DNA of 64,000 nt, from assembly GCA_051453625.1 (NCBI GenBank), contig JBOZIK010000001.1:14023488-14087487 (forward strand). Reading direction: 5' to 3'. The translations under genes were made by a program, and so were the position numbers. The stretch's first letter is position 1. Each line of letters opens with the position of its first letter. The stretch comes from Welwitschia mirabilis. Taxonomy: Eukaryota. The notes beneath the pieces are model-generated. The model made no database searches and was not told the DNA's origin. It saw nothing but the letters and a program-made list of their open reading frames with translations. Below, piece by piece: positions 39,258-53,899 of the stretch.

Positions 39258-40610
39258 TGACAAGAACTGATAATGATGTAAATTGTTCTTATTAATGAAA
39301 TAATTTTGTTTTTATAACTATACATTTTAAATGGTATTCAACATTTCTCTTTATCATTTAAGTTGATATACTAGTTAGTTAATAGGTTATTTAGTTAATA
39401 TGTTAGTAGGTTAGTGTATATCATACAAAGAGTAGCAATCTTTTGGAAAGAGGACTCTAGAATAGAACTAAGTAAAGAGGGCAAGGAGAAGCTCTAGCCA
39501 TTATGAAAAGAATGTAGCAGCATCTCTANNNNNNNNNNNNNNNNNNNNNNNNNNNNNNNNNNNNNNNNNNNNNNNNNNNNNNNNNNNNNNNNNNNNNNNN
39601 NNNNNNNNNNNNNNNNNNNNNNNNNNNNNNNNNNNNNNNNNNNNNNNNNNNNNNNNNNNNNNNNNNNNNNNNNNNNNNNNNNNNNNNNNNNNNNNNNNNN
39701 NNNNNNNNNNNNNNNNNNNNNNNNNNNNNNNNNNNNNNNNNNNNNNNNNNNNNNNNNNNNNNNNNNNNNNNNNNNNNNNNNNNNNNNNNNNNNNNNNNNN
39801 NNNNNNNNNNNNNNNNNNNNNNNNNNNNNNNNNNNNNNNNNNNNNNNNNNNNNNNNNNNNNNNNNNNNNNNNNNNNNNNNNNNNNNNNNNNNNNNNNNNN
39901 NNNNNNNNNNNNNNNNNNNNNNNNNNNNNNNNNNNNNNNNNNNNNNNNNNNNNNNNNNNNNNNNNNNNNNNNNNNNNNNNNNNNNNNNNNNNNNNNNNNN
40001 NNNNNNNNNNNNNNNNNNNNNNNNNNNNNNNNNNNNNNNNNNNNNNNNNNNNNNNNNNNNNNNNNNNNNNNNNNNNNNNNNNNNNNNNNNNNNNNNNNNN
40101 NNNNNNNNNNNNNNNNNNNNNNNNNNNNNNNNNNNNNNNNNNNNNNNNNNNNNNNNNNNNNNNNNNNNNNNNNNNNNNNNNNNNNNNNNNNNNNNNNNNN
40201 NNNNNNNNNNNNNNNNNNNNNNNNNNNNNNNNNNTAAAGCTAAAAATCTAATGCTTTTGAATATCATTATAGACATCTTTTATTGCTTGAGAAAGTAATA
40301 TTTCCTTTTCTTTTACTTGCTCCTATTTGTATAGATGAACACAAATTATAATAACTAGCACTACTTAGAAATAAGTATTATTTAGTATTTCATATAAAAT
40401 TTCTATCATGTTTTTCTACTCTCTTTATTCCCCCTAATGTAATATATGCATATGACAAACTTGTTAATTATCAATCTGACTAGTTCAAGTAACTTCATCA
40501 TTAGCTAATGATTTAAGTTTATTTCAAGTTAACAGCATCATTATTTTCTACATTTTTTTGCATAGTTCTTAATATTTTTTGCATTTATTTCATAACATAA
40601 GCTTCCATTA
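39258..40610 (+). repeat. 3' LTR of nested element
   Basis: Aligns with 22635-24570 on both sides of the gap; ends TTCCATTA immediately before the TSD. Confidence 0.85.
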
Positions 40611-41113
40611 AAGCTATGTTATTACTAAGTTATTTATATCTTTGAGTAAATCCTTATTGTTCATATTCTAGTATGTAGTTTAATTTTGTTTCATGGTTCT
40701 TGGGATACATCTCCTAGTTATTATACTTATGAATGGATTGTGATGAACCAAAGTAATAGGAGGATCTTATCACTACTCATGTAGTAAAGGAGATAATGTC
40801 AACATGATTCATGCCATAATGAACTTAGCATGTTTAAGATTTAAGATGGAACTTATAATATTTCTTTAAATGAAAGTCTTTTGTTTTTAAAAATATTAAT
40901 GCTATGTTTTAAATGCTAAGTATGTTTTCACACTCTTGTTTATTAAACTCTTCTTTAAACATTCTCAACTTAAAGTTGTTTGAATCTTATTGCTAGTTCA
41001 GTATGTGGTGTTTTACTATTTTTCATCATAATTATCCCTAATGAGAGAATGACACTGGGTTCTTTCTATAATGAAAGATCTAGTTTTTGTTTATAAAATC
41101 TTGGATTTAAATA
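40611..41113 (+). repeat. 3' LTR of outer element, right part
   Basis: Resumes homology with 13405-13906 exactly where 22634 stopped. Confidence 0.85.
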
Positions 41114-44100
41114 ATGCCCTTTTTTTAGCATATACTTGACATTTATACATTATATATCTAAGATAGATATTTTATGCTTGTTAATCTATTACTAAGCTTA
41201 GCCTTATATGTGGTTATGATTTTGCATTTAATTATATAATCATGCCATTACAAACTAAAATTATGTCATGTGACTTTAATTTCCCCTTAACTTTAAAAAT
41301 TAATTATTACAATCACTAAGTAAAATAAATAACATATGAATAACAATACAAATAAACAAATAAACAAAAGTTTTTTTGAGGAAATCCTCAATATTAAACT
41401 AACATGTGAGTTAAGTGACCTAGAATGTCAAATATTTAAGTCTTTAATTAACTTTATTTTATTATGTTAGGAATATTTAATTTTTCTAATTTCTTTATAA
41501 CTTATACATTATTAAATCTTGCTTTCTTAATAGCTTTATTAAAATGTTTGCAAAATTATCTATCAATGACATGTATTATGTGTTTATTACANNNNNNNNN
41601 NNNNNNNNNNNNNNNNNNNNNNNNNNNNNNNNNNNNNNNNNNNNNNNNNNNNNNNNNNNNNNNNNNNNNNNNNNNNNNNNNNNNNNNNNNNTGTGTTTTC
41701 ACACTCTTGTTTATTAAACTCTTCTTTAAACATTCTCAAGTTAAAGTTGTTTGAATCTTATTGCTAGTTCAGTATGTGGTGTTTCACTATTTTTCATCAT
41801 AATTATCCCTAATGAGATAATGACACTAGGTTCTTTCTATAATGAAATATCTAGTTTTTGTCTGTAAAATCTTGGATTCAAAGAATGACCTTTTTTAGCA
41901 TATACTTAACATTTATACATTATATATCTAATATAGATATTCTATGCTAGCTAATCTATTACTAAGCTTAGCCTTATAGGTGGTTATGATTTTGCATTTA
42001 ATGCTATAATCATGCCATTACAAACTAAAATTATATGTCATGTGACTTTAATTTTCACTTAAGTTTAAAAGTTAATTATTATAATAAATGAGTAAAATAA
42101 ATAACATATGAATAACAATAAAATAGATAAATAAAAAATAAACAAAATTTTTTTTGAAGAAATCCTCAATATTAAACTAACATGTAAGTTAAGTGATCTA
42201 GAATGTCAAATATTCAAGTCTTTAATTAACTTTAGTTTACTATGTTAGGAATATCTAATTTTTCTAATTTCTTTATAACATATACATTATTAAAACTTGC
42301 TTTCTTAAGAGATTTATTAAAATGTTTGCAAAATTATCTATCAATGACATGTATTAAGTGGTTATTACACATTCTAGATAAGTTTTCATATCATCTAAAC
42401 TTTCATTTCAATGCAATTTATTGTATTATAAAATACTTGATTCTTTACAACATGAATTTTTAATTGATTATCCACTTGTAACTTTATATATTATTTTAAT
42501 TAAATATCTATAATTCCTAATACTTTATTATTTGAATCACCTCCTTATTTGTTTTAGATGCTTTTATATACTTTACTGTAGCTATTAAATCTATTACTAT
42601 CTTTTATTGATTGAATCTTTAAGATATTAATAAACATATCAAAAATATCATATTCCAAGTTGTATATTTCTTATATCTTGATAACCACTAAAATCTAAGC
42701 CTAAAAAAGTCTAAGCTTGAAATCATCCTCATAAAAAAATAGAACTCTAAACTCTTATTTTTTGGATAATTAAGATTATAACTACTACATTCTAGTGATT
42801 TTATTATAATTTTTCCATGTAACTTGCTAACATTCTAATTATATATGTTATGCCTAGTGTTGATGATATATGTTAAAATTTCAATGAATTTGTAATACTG
42901 TAATTCAATTATATGTAGTTATTTTTCATTAAATGTTAACTTTAAATTCCATTACATTTTTATAGATAGTTTAATGAAAGAAAAACTCAATTTTTTAAAT
43001 TAGGATATTATGCTCTGAGCCTTTGCCAAAGAAAATGAGTACTTAACAAAATAATTCAACTCACAAAAAGAAATCAAGTATAAATAGTTCAAATTAAAGC
43101 ATGAAAAATCCTTTCAGATCAAATTACATATATAGTAAATGCACATAAGTTTCAAAATGATAGATTACTTGACATGAATCTTTATGAATATATTTATATT
43201 GTCTTATCAAATTAGTTACTTCACATAATAAAGAAACTATTTCTTTTAAGTGACATACAAGTAATAAAAATACGTTACATAAAACTACTATGAAGAATCA
43301 CATGTGTAAAAGCATAATTTCACAAGATGTGAAAAGAAAACTAAATAAAATAGAAATAAATAATAGTTTATAAACATTCACTATAATTCTAAAGATCACT
43401 TATGTAAATAAGTAAGAGAGTTTATGCAGTTAAATCTATTAAAGCTATTTTCATATAAAAATAATTTTTGTTGAAAATTTATTACTTAAAATCATATAAT
43501 ATAGATATAATTAAGTAATTCAAACATCTTGTTCTATTCTAAACAAAATGTATAACAACTTATAATCAAAATATAATACTTCCAAAATAATATTCTTTAA
43601 ATTGACATAGCAAATTGTTTGACTTAAACAAGATTTTCACTAAATTTTGATACAATTAGCTTGAAAAGTAACTCATTTCATATAATGAAAGGAGTTATAA
43701 AAACAATGAAACATCTAATTAGATTTAAAATTAATAAGTAATTAATAAAATAAACATATGCATTTTTATTAAATCAAAGTAACAATTAGTTAATTTTAAG
43801 CTATTTTAACTAACAAAAAGAGATAAAACAAAGAAGAGAGAGAAAAAAGAAAAAGAAAATTTAGAAGATTGAACTTAGGAATTATTATAACATTTAAAAT
43901 AATTAGAATATTTCATAAAAAGATTTTATAAACTGAATATTCAATATCAAGTAGAATTAATTAAAACCAATAGAAAAGTTCATTTAGAAAAGAACTATAA
44001 AAATTAGACTTAACCCTATTTTGATAATGAATATTAAGAAAATTATAACAGTTGAAAAAAATAAATTGCATATTATGAAAGTAATAAAAACNNNNNNNNN

Positions 44101-47100
44101 NNNNNNNNNNNNNNNNNNNNNNNNNNNNNNNNNNNNNNNNNNNNNNNNNNNNNNNNNNNNNNNNNNNNNNNNNNNNNNNNNNNNNNNNNNNNNNNNNNNN
44201 NNNNNNNNNNNNNNNNNNNNNNNNNNNNNNNNNNNNNNNNNNNNNNNNNNNNNNNNNTCATATCATAAAGGAGTTATACAAACAATGAAACATCTAATTA
44301 GATTTAAAATTAATAAGTAATTAATAAATAAACATATGAAGTTTTATTAAATCAAAGTAACATTTAGTCAATTTTAAGCTATTTTAACTAATAAAAATGG
44401 ATAAAACAAAGAAGAGAGAGAAAGAAAATTTAGAATATTGAACTTAGGAATTATCATAACATTTAAAATACTTAGAATATGTCACAAAAATATTTTATAA
44501 AACTAAATATTCAATATCAAGTAGAATCAATTAAAACTAATAGAAACAATTCATTTAGAAAAGAACTATAAAAATTAGAATTAATCCTATTTTGATAATG
44601 AATATTAAGAAAATTATAATAGTTAAAAAATAAATTTCATATTTTAAAAGTAATAAAAATATAATATAATATGAAACCTTGAATATCTACACATACATCA
44701 ATAATAATAGTTAAATTCACTGTGCAAAAATTAAAAAATTAAGATTTCATAGTTCAAAAATCTTTTCAAGTAAAACTACAACTTTGATTAAAAATGGTTG
44801 AAAATGGTGTTTTATAGGAAAAACTTGAATTCTAGATAATTAATAATTAAATATTTTAAATAATGAAATAAAACTACTGATAAAATTTTCAAATTATTAA
44901 GTTGTAAAAAAAGCATTATGGTCAAAACAAGTTACTAGAGTTTATTAGTCTACTTTAATTTTGATAAGAGAAGAAAGAAAAGAGAATAATCCATGCAAAA
45001 ATAAATAATTTTGATATTATAGAAATGTAAATAACATATTTAAAAATTTATCAATGGCTAACTAAAATAAGAAAATAGAAATTCATCATCATTTACCTAG
45101 GAAAAAAGATAAAATCATGAGATAAGGCATTAGAAGAAATGAGAAGATGGAGGAAATAAGAAATAAAAGTAGTAAGAAACATGGTTTTTTTAACATATAA
45201 TGACAAACCATGAAATGTTATAATATTTTGTGATAGGTACTAAATTCACAACAATTTAGTTATAGCTAACTATGTAACATGCTATAAGAAGTTTGATCGA
45301 GTTGAAAGAAAATCATGATGAAAATGGATAAGCCAAGTAAATAAAATCATAAAAACAAAAAGAAAAATAAAACTTATTATTTCAAATGAAATAAAAATAT
45401 TTTCCATTATTCTTCAATTTAATTACTTATAAGATTTGATGCCCTCTCCTCCTCTTGCACTGTCCATTCACATGCACATCACCATCCCCACAATGTCTTT
45501 TAGATGGATAAAAATAAGGGACGAGTTGATATAAAATGGAATGTAANNNNNNNNNNNNNNNNNNNNNNNNNNNNNNNNNNNNNNNNNNNNNNNNNNNNNN
45601 NNNNNNNNNNNNNNNNNNNNNNNNNNNNNNNNNNNNNNNNNNNNNNTAGATGGATAAAAATGAGGGAGAAGTTGATAGAAAATGGAATGTAAGAGGATGT
45701 ATGAAGAAGAAAATGGATCTATATACCAGGAAAGGTAATAATAAATAATGTAGAATCCTTCAAAGCTAATATAAATAGAAGATCATCTTGGAAGTAAAGA
45801 ATTATGAAAGAAATATAATAGAATACCTCCTTCCAATGCGTTAAAATGCTTGGAATTAAACTTCAGAGTATCAAAATTACATACATTTCATATATTAACA
45901 TTATGATATGAGTTTTGAAATTGAGGAGGGCCTTAAAGATGCACTTGATTTGGTTTTAGTCTAGGAAGTTTGCAAAACCATTACATTTGCACATCTGTCA
46001 CATGTGAAAATAGTGAAAACTATCATATGACATTGTGATAGTATTTTACTTATGAAACTAGTGCTATAACATGATAGTTAGTTCAAAAAATAATGACCTT
46101 AAGTTATAAAAAGTAAAATGTCTCAATTTTATCTCTTATTACTATTATTATATAAAAACATTAAATTTGACTTAAAAATGACTAGAAATGTATAAATTAT
46201 AGCTCTCAAAACATAAATTTCCAAGGCATTGATGTTCTGAAAGTTTTAAATAGCATTTCATGTCATGCATCTAGTTTCAAAATGAGTAGAAATCATCACA
46301 TCATTAAGTGTATAAGATATGATGATGGAAGAAAGACTATGAATTATCTATGGAAATGGTAGGTTTAAGTAGTTCTTCATGCTCCAAATTTTCACTCTTG
46401 AACTTGACCACCTAATTAAAATAATCATGAGTAGACTTGGATTGAATTCAAATACATAATTTTTATCTCATTAAGTATCTAATATCTCTATTACCTAAAA
46501 AGTACAAAAATATCTCTAAGGATAGTATTATAGTTTAAAAAGTAATGCAAAATTATAATTATTAAAACTTTCTTTCATTAAAACTGTAGGCTTCATTAGT
46601 ATCCTTTATATATTTTTCATGTTAAATTTATCTAACATATCATTACTTTGATTTGATTAATTCAAATGAAAAGACTAATTCATAAGTTACTTTTACATAA
46701 ATGGAGTATTTTATCAACCCTAGTACTATAATTTGAAATTTCATTTTTAGATCTTTCTTGACATGTATATTTCACTTTTCATCTTCGTAACTGATTAAAT
46801 ATTATTTACGAAGAGAATAAAATATATAATTTTACTTTTTACACATTTGATAAACAACATCATTTAACTATCCTAGCATTTTTGTATAATCAAATGACTA
46901 AGAATATAAGTAAGATTTTCTCCAAATAGAAATTTTATTTCTCCATATTTTATTGCATTAAAGAGATTGATTTTAAAATAAAATATATTAATAGGATTTC
47001 ACTAGGGGTTTTATGACCCCCATGTATATGACCATGGTATGTGTTACAAGACTTAGTAATTTCCCCTTGATGCAGAAATACACTATCTTCCAAGTAAAAA

Positions 47101-47240
47101 ATAGAGTGCTTATAGGAAAACCTTGGGAATGTGACCTACAAAAACCCTTCTTTAAGGAATCACCACTTGATGAAATTACTTCATTAAAGAAGTAGTTAAT
47201 TTACTACTAAATATTCCATAGTAGATAAGAGTATCATCTG

Positions 47241-47330
47241 CATTACACATCCCATAATGCTAAGATAAAATACATTACACATCTTGTAATAATAGGTTAA
47301 AATTATGCTACACATCTCATAGTACTATGA
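47241..47330 (+). repeat. Three degenerate ~33-bp tandem units (core TACACATCYCATAAT), probably within an unresolved LTR remnant
   Basis: CATTACACATCCCATAATG, CATTACACATCTTGTAATA and GCTACACATCTCATAGTA recur. Confidence 0.6.
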
Positions 47331-49899
47331 TCAACTTTGACTTTGAATAGAAACTCAACAATCAAATGAAAACCATAATATACAATTAAAAAAATGCATT
47401 TAAATCAAATCATTATCAATTTAATTTTGGATTGAAAATATTTGAACTTCTCATAACCAAGTTATTTTGTAAGGATGTCAGTTTTATACTCTATAGTCAG
47501 ATAGTATATAGGCATAATAACTTTATTTTGTATGAGTTTGTTGATTTTGTTGACCCAACATAAACGTTTTTTATCCTATTATAGTGCACTAGATATTTTT
47601 CTATGCAAATTATGAACTCATTATTGCTAGAAAGATATGTTGCCTTAGCTTATTTTAATTTCACTACTTCTAATAATTTTCTTATCTATTTAATTTATTT
47701 ACATGTCTTAAAGTAGCTGTATATATCTAAAGAACCCTTGAAAAAAAAGTATTCTATAAGAGATGTTTTAATACAAATATCTTAATAATAATCTAAAAAG
47801 ATTTTTTAAGGCATTTATTATGATAAATTCTCTAATTATTAGTACATAGGATTTTCTTAATAAATTCCCTTATTAGTAGCTGATAGAACATTTTTAAATA
47901 AATGCCCTTATTTCCAAAGTAATAAATCAAAGAAATAAAAAAATACATCATTTTTTGATTGGTTTTTTAATAGTATATGTGTTTTTTAGCAATGTATTTT
48001 ACTATAGCTTTGATTATCTTTGTAAAAAAGAGTTTTGTAATTCTTCATAGTAGTATGTCTGAGCTTCACTGCATTTGTTTTATTTGGCTTTATTTAGCTT
48101 AGATGTAGATTTCTTCAAACTTGACCTTAGCTGCATTAGTTATTTTTCTATTAATAAAGTTATTCCTCTTTAAAAAGGCCTTGATCTTATTAAAAATCTT
48201 GAAGTTCTAAGTTAAAACAAAAGAAATTTCATTAGCTTTCTAGATTTCATGAGTTTAGTAAGCTTTTTGGCTTTATTAGGATTTTCAAATTTTAAGAGTT
48301 TTCTTAGTTAAAGAAAAAGAAATTTTTTTAATTCTTTAGAAGATGGAATTTATTTTTCTTGCTGATGAATTTNNNNNNNNNNNNNNNNNNNNNNNNNNNN
48401 NNNNNNNNNNNNNNNNNNNNNNNNNNNNNNNNNNNNNNNNNNNNNNNNNNNNNNNNNNNNNNNNNNNNNNNNAATTCTTCATAGTAGTATGTTTGAGCTT
48501 CACTGCATTTGTTTTCTTTGGCTTTATTTAGCTTAGATGTAGATTTCTTTAAACTTGACCTTAGCTGCATTAGTCATTTCTCTAGTAATAATGTTATTCC
48601 TCTTTAAAAAGACCTTGATATTATTAAAAATATTGAATTTCTTAGTTAAAACAAAAGAAATTTCCTTAGCTTTCTATATTCCATGGGTTTAGTAAGCTTT
48701 TTGGCTTTATTAGTCTTTTCAAATTTTAAGATTTTTCTTATTTAAAGTAAAAGAATTTTTTTTAATTCTTTAGAAGATGGAATTTGTATTTCTTGCTGAT
48801 GAATTTCCTTATGGAAATTTGGCTAAGTTCAAAATCTTTTTGATTTGATTATGGTTTTATAAAAATATTTTAAGACATCCTCTAATAAAACTTATTAGCA
48901 TTGATGATAGCTTATCTCTTAAAAGAGCAACTAATCTTAAAGAAAAGAAGTTCATTACTGGCTTAATGGTGATAAGTATGAATGAAACATAGGAAAATAG
49001 GAGGGTAAATTTTAATCATGCTAAAAGACTCTTAATTTAATCATATTTTATTATTTAAGCATGCTCTCTTATCCATCTTAGGTGAATTATATTTTATTAG
49101 AATATTATTTTCTTCTAAGTAGTAATGTCATAGAATAGTTCATAAAGAATGTAATTTTTTCAAATTAATCTTTGAACATGTTTTTTAATTATTTTTTACA
49201 TATTATATAATTAAAAAATTTACTATTGTAGTTATAGGATCTTGAATGATATTAAAATGAATCATTTCATAGGAAATTCCATGCTAGAAGGTAAAAATAG
49301 TTGTAGATTCCTACATATGATTACATAGAAGTAGAATTTGTACAAAGTAAAGGATGTTAAAAACCTCTTCTAAGTTTATATTCATTTGAAAGAACTCTTT
49401 TTATGACTTATTATGGCTTATATTTCTATATAGAATTATATTTTATAAATATAAATTAAAATTTACAAATCCTTCCATTAGAGNNNNNNNNNNNNNNNNN
49501 NNNNNNNNNNNNNNNNNNNNNNNNNNNNNNNNNNNNNNNNNNTTTTTTACATCTTCTATAATTAAAATTTTCTAGTGTAATTATAAGATCTTGAATGATA
49601 TTAAAATGAATCATTTCATAAGCAATTCGATGCTAGAAGGTAAAAACAGTTGTAAATTTCTACACATGATTACATAAAAGTAGACTTTGTACAAAGCAAA
49701 GGATTTTAAAAACCTCTACTAGGGTTATATTTATTTGAAATAATTCTTTTTAGGATTTATTATGGCTTATATTTCTATATAGAATTAGATTTTAGAAATA
49801 TAAATAACAATTTACAAATCCTTCCATTAGAGTTATTCCATTAATTAAATAGGAAATGCTTTTATTTTACTAGTGGTTATTTCTTCTTTGTCACTTATA

Positions 49900-51900
49900 A
49901 ATGCACTTCTTATTAGTTCACAAGTGATATTATGATGTTTAGAGCCTTGATACTATTTAATAATGCATGTTATAGTCATCATAATATATCATTTAAAAGA
50001 TATATAAAAGAATGGCTTCATAAGCCCATATCATTGGTAAAGAAAAAGGAATTGGTCCTTCAAAATCCCATATTGTTTAAAGTAATGGAGTTAAATCCAA
50101 TTTAATGACTTTGATTATTTAGTTTGAAGGAAAAGAAGCTATGTCATACTAAAAATATCATAATAATTAATAGAGATTTCTTGAGAGCACATAATGTCCT
50201 TTACTAATAAGCCACTAGACTTTCTTAAATAGCTAGAGATAAATCATGACAAACTAGTTAGATCATTTTATAAACNNNNNNNNNNNNNNNNNNNNNNNNN
50301 NNNNNNNNNNNNNNNNNNNNNNNNNNNNNNNNNNNNNNNNNNNNNNNNNNNNNNNNNNNNNNNNNNNNNNNNNNNGGTCATTTTATAAATAAGTAACTGT
50401 AATTTACAGCATACTAAAACTCATACTTCACATTCTTATTTGATATGTCTTTATAGGAATTTTTGCAAGACTAGTTTAAGCATGCACATAATAGAACTAT
50501 CTCATACTCTTTTAACCCAATTCTTTAAACACTAGAATGTGAATACCAAGATTCACATCTCAAAGTTACTTTATTACATATATGATAATATATATGATAA
50601 ATAATTTGAAAAGTGTTAACTCAAAATTTTTAGTAAACATATCTCTTTTTATGGACATTTATTTATGCATATAATAGTTTAAAGAAATATCATGTTTATT
50701 GAGAAATTGATATTTTATGATGAAAGTCTCCTTAGATGGGATAACATCTTCACCACTAAANNNNNNNNNNNNNNNNNNNNNNNNNNNNNNNNNNNNNNNN
50801 NNNNNNNNNNNNNNNNNNNNNNNNNNNNNNNNNNNNNNNNNNNNNNNNNNNNNNNNNNNNNNNNNNNNNNNNNNNNNNNNNNNNNNNNNNNNNNNNNNNN
50901 NNNNNNNNNNNNNNNNNNNNNNNNNNNNNNNNNNNNNNNNNNNNNNNNNNNNNNNNNNNNNNNNNNNNNNNNNNNNNNNNNNNNNNNNNNNNNNNNNNNN
51001 NNNNNNNNNNNNNNNNNNNNNNNNNNNNNNNNNNNNNNNNNNNNNNNNNNNNNNNNNNNNNNNNNNNNNNNNNNNNNNNNNNNNNNNNNNNNNNNNNNNN
51101 NNNNNNNNNNNNNNNNNNNNNNNNNNNNNNNNNNNNNNNNNNNNNNNNNNNNNNNNNNNNNNNNNNNNNNNNNNNATGTTTATTGAGAAATAGATATTTT
51201 ATGATGAAAATTTCCTTAGATGGGATAACATCTTCACCACTAAAACTATGGTAAATTTTTATTAAAATCTGATAATATCTTAAGCTCATAGGTAAATATG
51301 ATTATCTAGTAATCATTTAGGTTTAGTAAGATTCCCAATAGCATCCAACATGTTATACAAAGATCATTATTTTTTCTTATGCATGGAATTCTAATCTTAC
51401 TTATTATAGTTTACACTAATTTAATTATAGGGTTTCGAATAACTTGAATTTGAAACTCATATGTTTTTTGCATTAAAGGAAAGTCTTCCTTATATATTTT
51501 ATTTTTCCTTAATATAACATAAAATTTTTAAGTTTCACTAAATCCATGTTTAATAAAAATAACTTTAACCTCATTATCAAAGAATAAAATAGGTTGAATA
51601 AAATATGATGATTATGTTATTTGAATGCATGATCCAAAGATGAATGCCTTTTGATAACCATAATACAAGATTCTTGATTAGATATTACTCAATTCTTTAA
51701 TAATTGGATTTGAAAAAATTGAAAATTTTTATGTTTCTCTAAGAATATATTTAGTGGATTTTATTCCGAGGAGATAATATTATGACCCAACTATGTGTTA
51801 ATAAGATATACACTATCTTTAATGTAATGATGAGGATCTCATAAGTAAAATGTCAGATTCTTTTGGTATTTCCATGATAATTGGTATACATGGTATGATA
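49900..51900 (-). pseudogene. Highly degenerate CACTA (En/Spm TnpD-like) transposase, C-terminal part
   Basis: Minus-strand motifs in expected order: 'YLPYE' (~51285; cf. HLPYE), a degraded WMYPFER region (~50730/51220), 'RKSSGLLVK' (~50200; cf. RKTQNSGV.VKG), 'INYYDI' (~50160; cf. DYYG), 'KQYGI' and 'KPF' (cf. EPFIL). Repeats resembling subterminal repeats (TAAATGCCC-like) at ~47740-47910. Confidence 0.5.
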
Positions 51901-52168
51901 TTTGATTGAGTGAAAGATNNNNNNNNNNNNNNNNNNNNNNNNNNNNNNNNNNNNNNNNNNNNNNNNNNNNNNNNNNNNNNNNNNNNNNNNNNNNNNNNNN
52001 NNNNNNNNNNNNNNNNNNATAATTGGTATACATGTTATGATATTTAATGAATGATTGAGTGAAAGATAAATTATTTTCATACCTCTCTTATTAATTTAAA
52101 TTCTTATATAATAGAAATATATGTTTACATATTTATTTTTTATGTTACAATTTCATATATATGTATAA

Positions 52169-52243
52169 GTGTGTGCACATGCACATACACACGCCTGTGC
52201 ACATGCACATGCACACATGCACACATGCACACACATACACACA
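52169..52243 (+). repeat. Imperfect (CA)n/TGCACA microsatellite; second version at 52881-52911
   Basis: GTGTGCACATGCACATACACAC...GCACACATGCACACACATACACAC. Confidence 0.9.
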
Positions 52244-53899
52244 TTTCTCATTTATATCTTACTCTGACTATAGCACTCATATTTACTCATACTCATGATT
52301 TATGATACGATGAAAATAAATGTTATAGAAATTTCCTACTTTCAATATAAAAATTGTAGTATGTCAATTTAAACATATGATTAAACCATTAATTTAAAGT
52401 ATCACATTCATTATTTATTATTACTTTAATTTTAACTAATAATGCATTAAGGATCCTAAGTATCTTCTCTAAAATGATGTCTATCTATTAATTATATTAA
52501 ATGATCTTTCTAAAATATTCATTTAGTTTTCTTCATATGAATTTCAATCTCATCAAAGTTATTTTTAGCAAGTGTTGGAGTTTAAACTCTATAGAAAGAT
52601 GTAATAGATCATTATTTAACATAAAAAAAGAAATAAAAAGTCCTTATTTAATTTTTTTTCCTTTTTCTTTGTTTATCTCATTTTGAATTTTTTCCCCCTT
52701 TATAAACTTGTTCTAGTTATAACAAAATAATCAATAGCATAGGATAGTTATAAATAACAAAGCTTTAATTATCTAGATGANNNNNNNNNNNNNNNNNNNN
52801 NNNNNNNNNNNNNNNNNNNNNNNNNNNNNNNNNNNNNNNNNNNNNNNNNNNNNNNNNNNNNNNNNNNNNNNNNNNNNNNNACACACACACGCATGCACAC
52901 CCACACACACATTTCTCATTTACATCTAACTCTAACTATAGCAGTCATATTTACTCATACTCATGACTTATGATAGGATGAAAATAAATGTTATATAAAT
53001 TTCCTACTTTCAATATACAAATTATAGTATATCAATTTAAACATATGATTAAAACATTCAATTTCAAGTATCACATTAACTATTTCTTATTACTTTATTT
53101 TTAACTAATAATGCATTGAGGATCCTAAGTATCTTCTCTAAAACAATGTTTATCTATTAATTATATTAAATAATCTTTCTAAAATATTCATTTAGTTTTC
53201 TTCTTATGAATTTCAATCTCGTCAAAGTTATTTTTAGCAAGTGTTGGAGTCTAAACTATATAGAAAGATGTATTAGATCATTATTTAACATTAAAAAATA
53301 AAGAAAAGTTCTTATTTAATTGTTTTTTCTTTTTATATTTTTATCTCATTTTGAATTTTTTTTCTCTTTATAACCTTGTTCTAGTTATAACAAAATAATC
53401 AATAGCATAGGATAGTTATAAATAATGAAGCTTTAATGATCTAGATGACTAAAATATTAAGACCATATAGTGGGTCAACTATGGTAGTGAATTAATTATT
53501 TTTATGGGTCAATTATGCTATATTACTAGCATATTCTTACATTGGTTTTTCATGCTTGAGTACTAAATCAAATTAACCATATGACACTTCTAGATAGCCC
53601 CTATTTAAATAATCCTATCCATACATCTATACTATTTTACAAACTATGTGTTAAAGACTTACTTATTTGGTATTTGTAGGTTTTTATAATTTGAAATCCT
53701 TTCTAAATTTTACACCTTACATGTAAGACTATTAATATGTTTCTCTATAAAATCACAAAATAATAGTAGGGTAAATAATCTTTAGCAGTTTTAAATAACA
53801 TTTTCAAATCTAATATAAATACCATAATATATGCTAGCTTCTATCAATCATTTAGTTTATATGATATGGTCATCTATAGCTTTTCATAATTAATTGACA

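Larger units (their letters stand above)
22635..40610 (+). mobile_element. Nested full-length non-chromovirus (Athila/Tat-related) Ty3/gypsy element with env-like extra ORF
   Basis: LTRs at 22635-24570 (TGATAAGAAC...TTCCATCA) and 39258-40610 (TGACAAGAAC...TTCCATTA). 5-bp TSD AAGTT (22630-22634) / AAGCT (40611-40615). Internal order gag-PR-RT-RH-INT. Confidence 0.9.
12578..41113 (+). mobile_element. Outer Athila-like Ty3/gypsy LTR retrotransposon (gag-protease only), 3' LTR split by a nested element
   Basis: 5' LTR 12578-13906 aligns to 21821-22634 plus 40611-41113. PBS at 13913, PPT-like GGTTAGAAGGTG before 21821. TSD ATAAC (12573-12577) vs ATGCC (41114-41118), or ATGAC in the duplicate copy (41885-41889). 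Confidence 0.85.
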
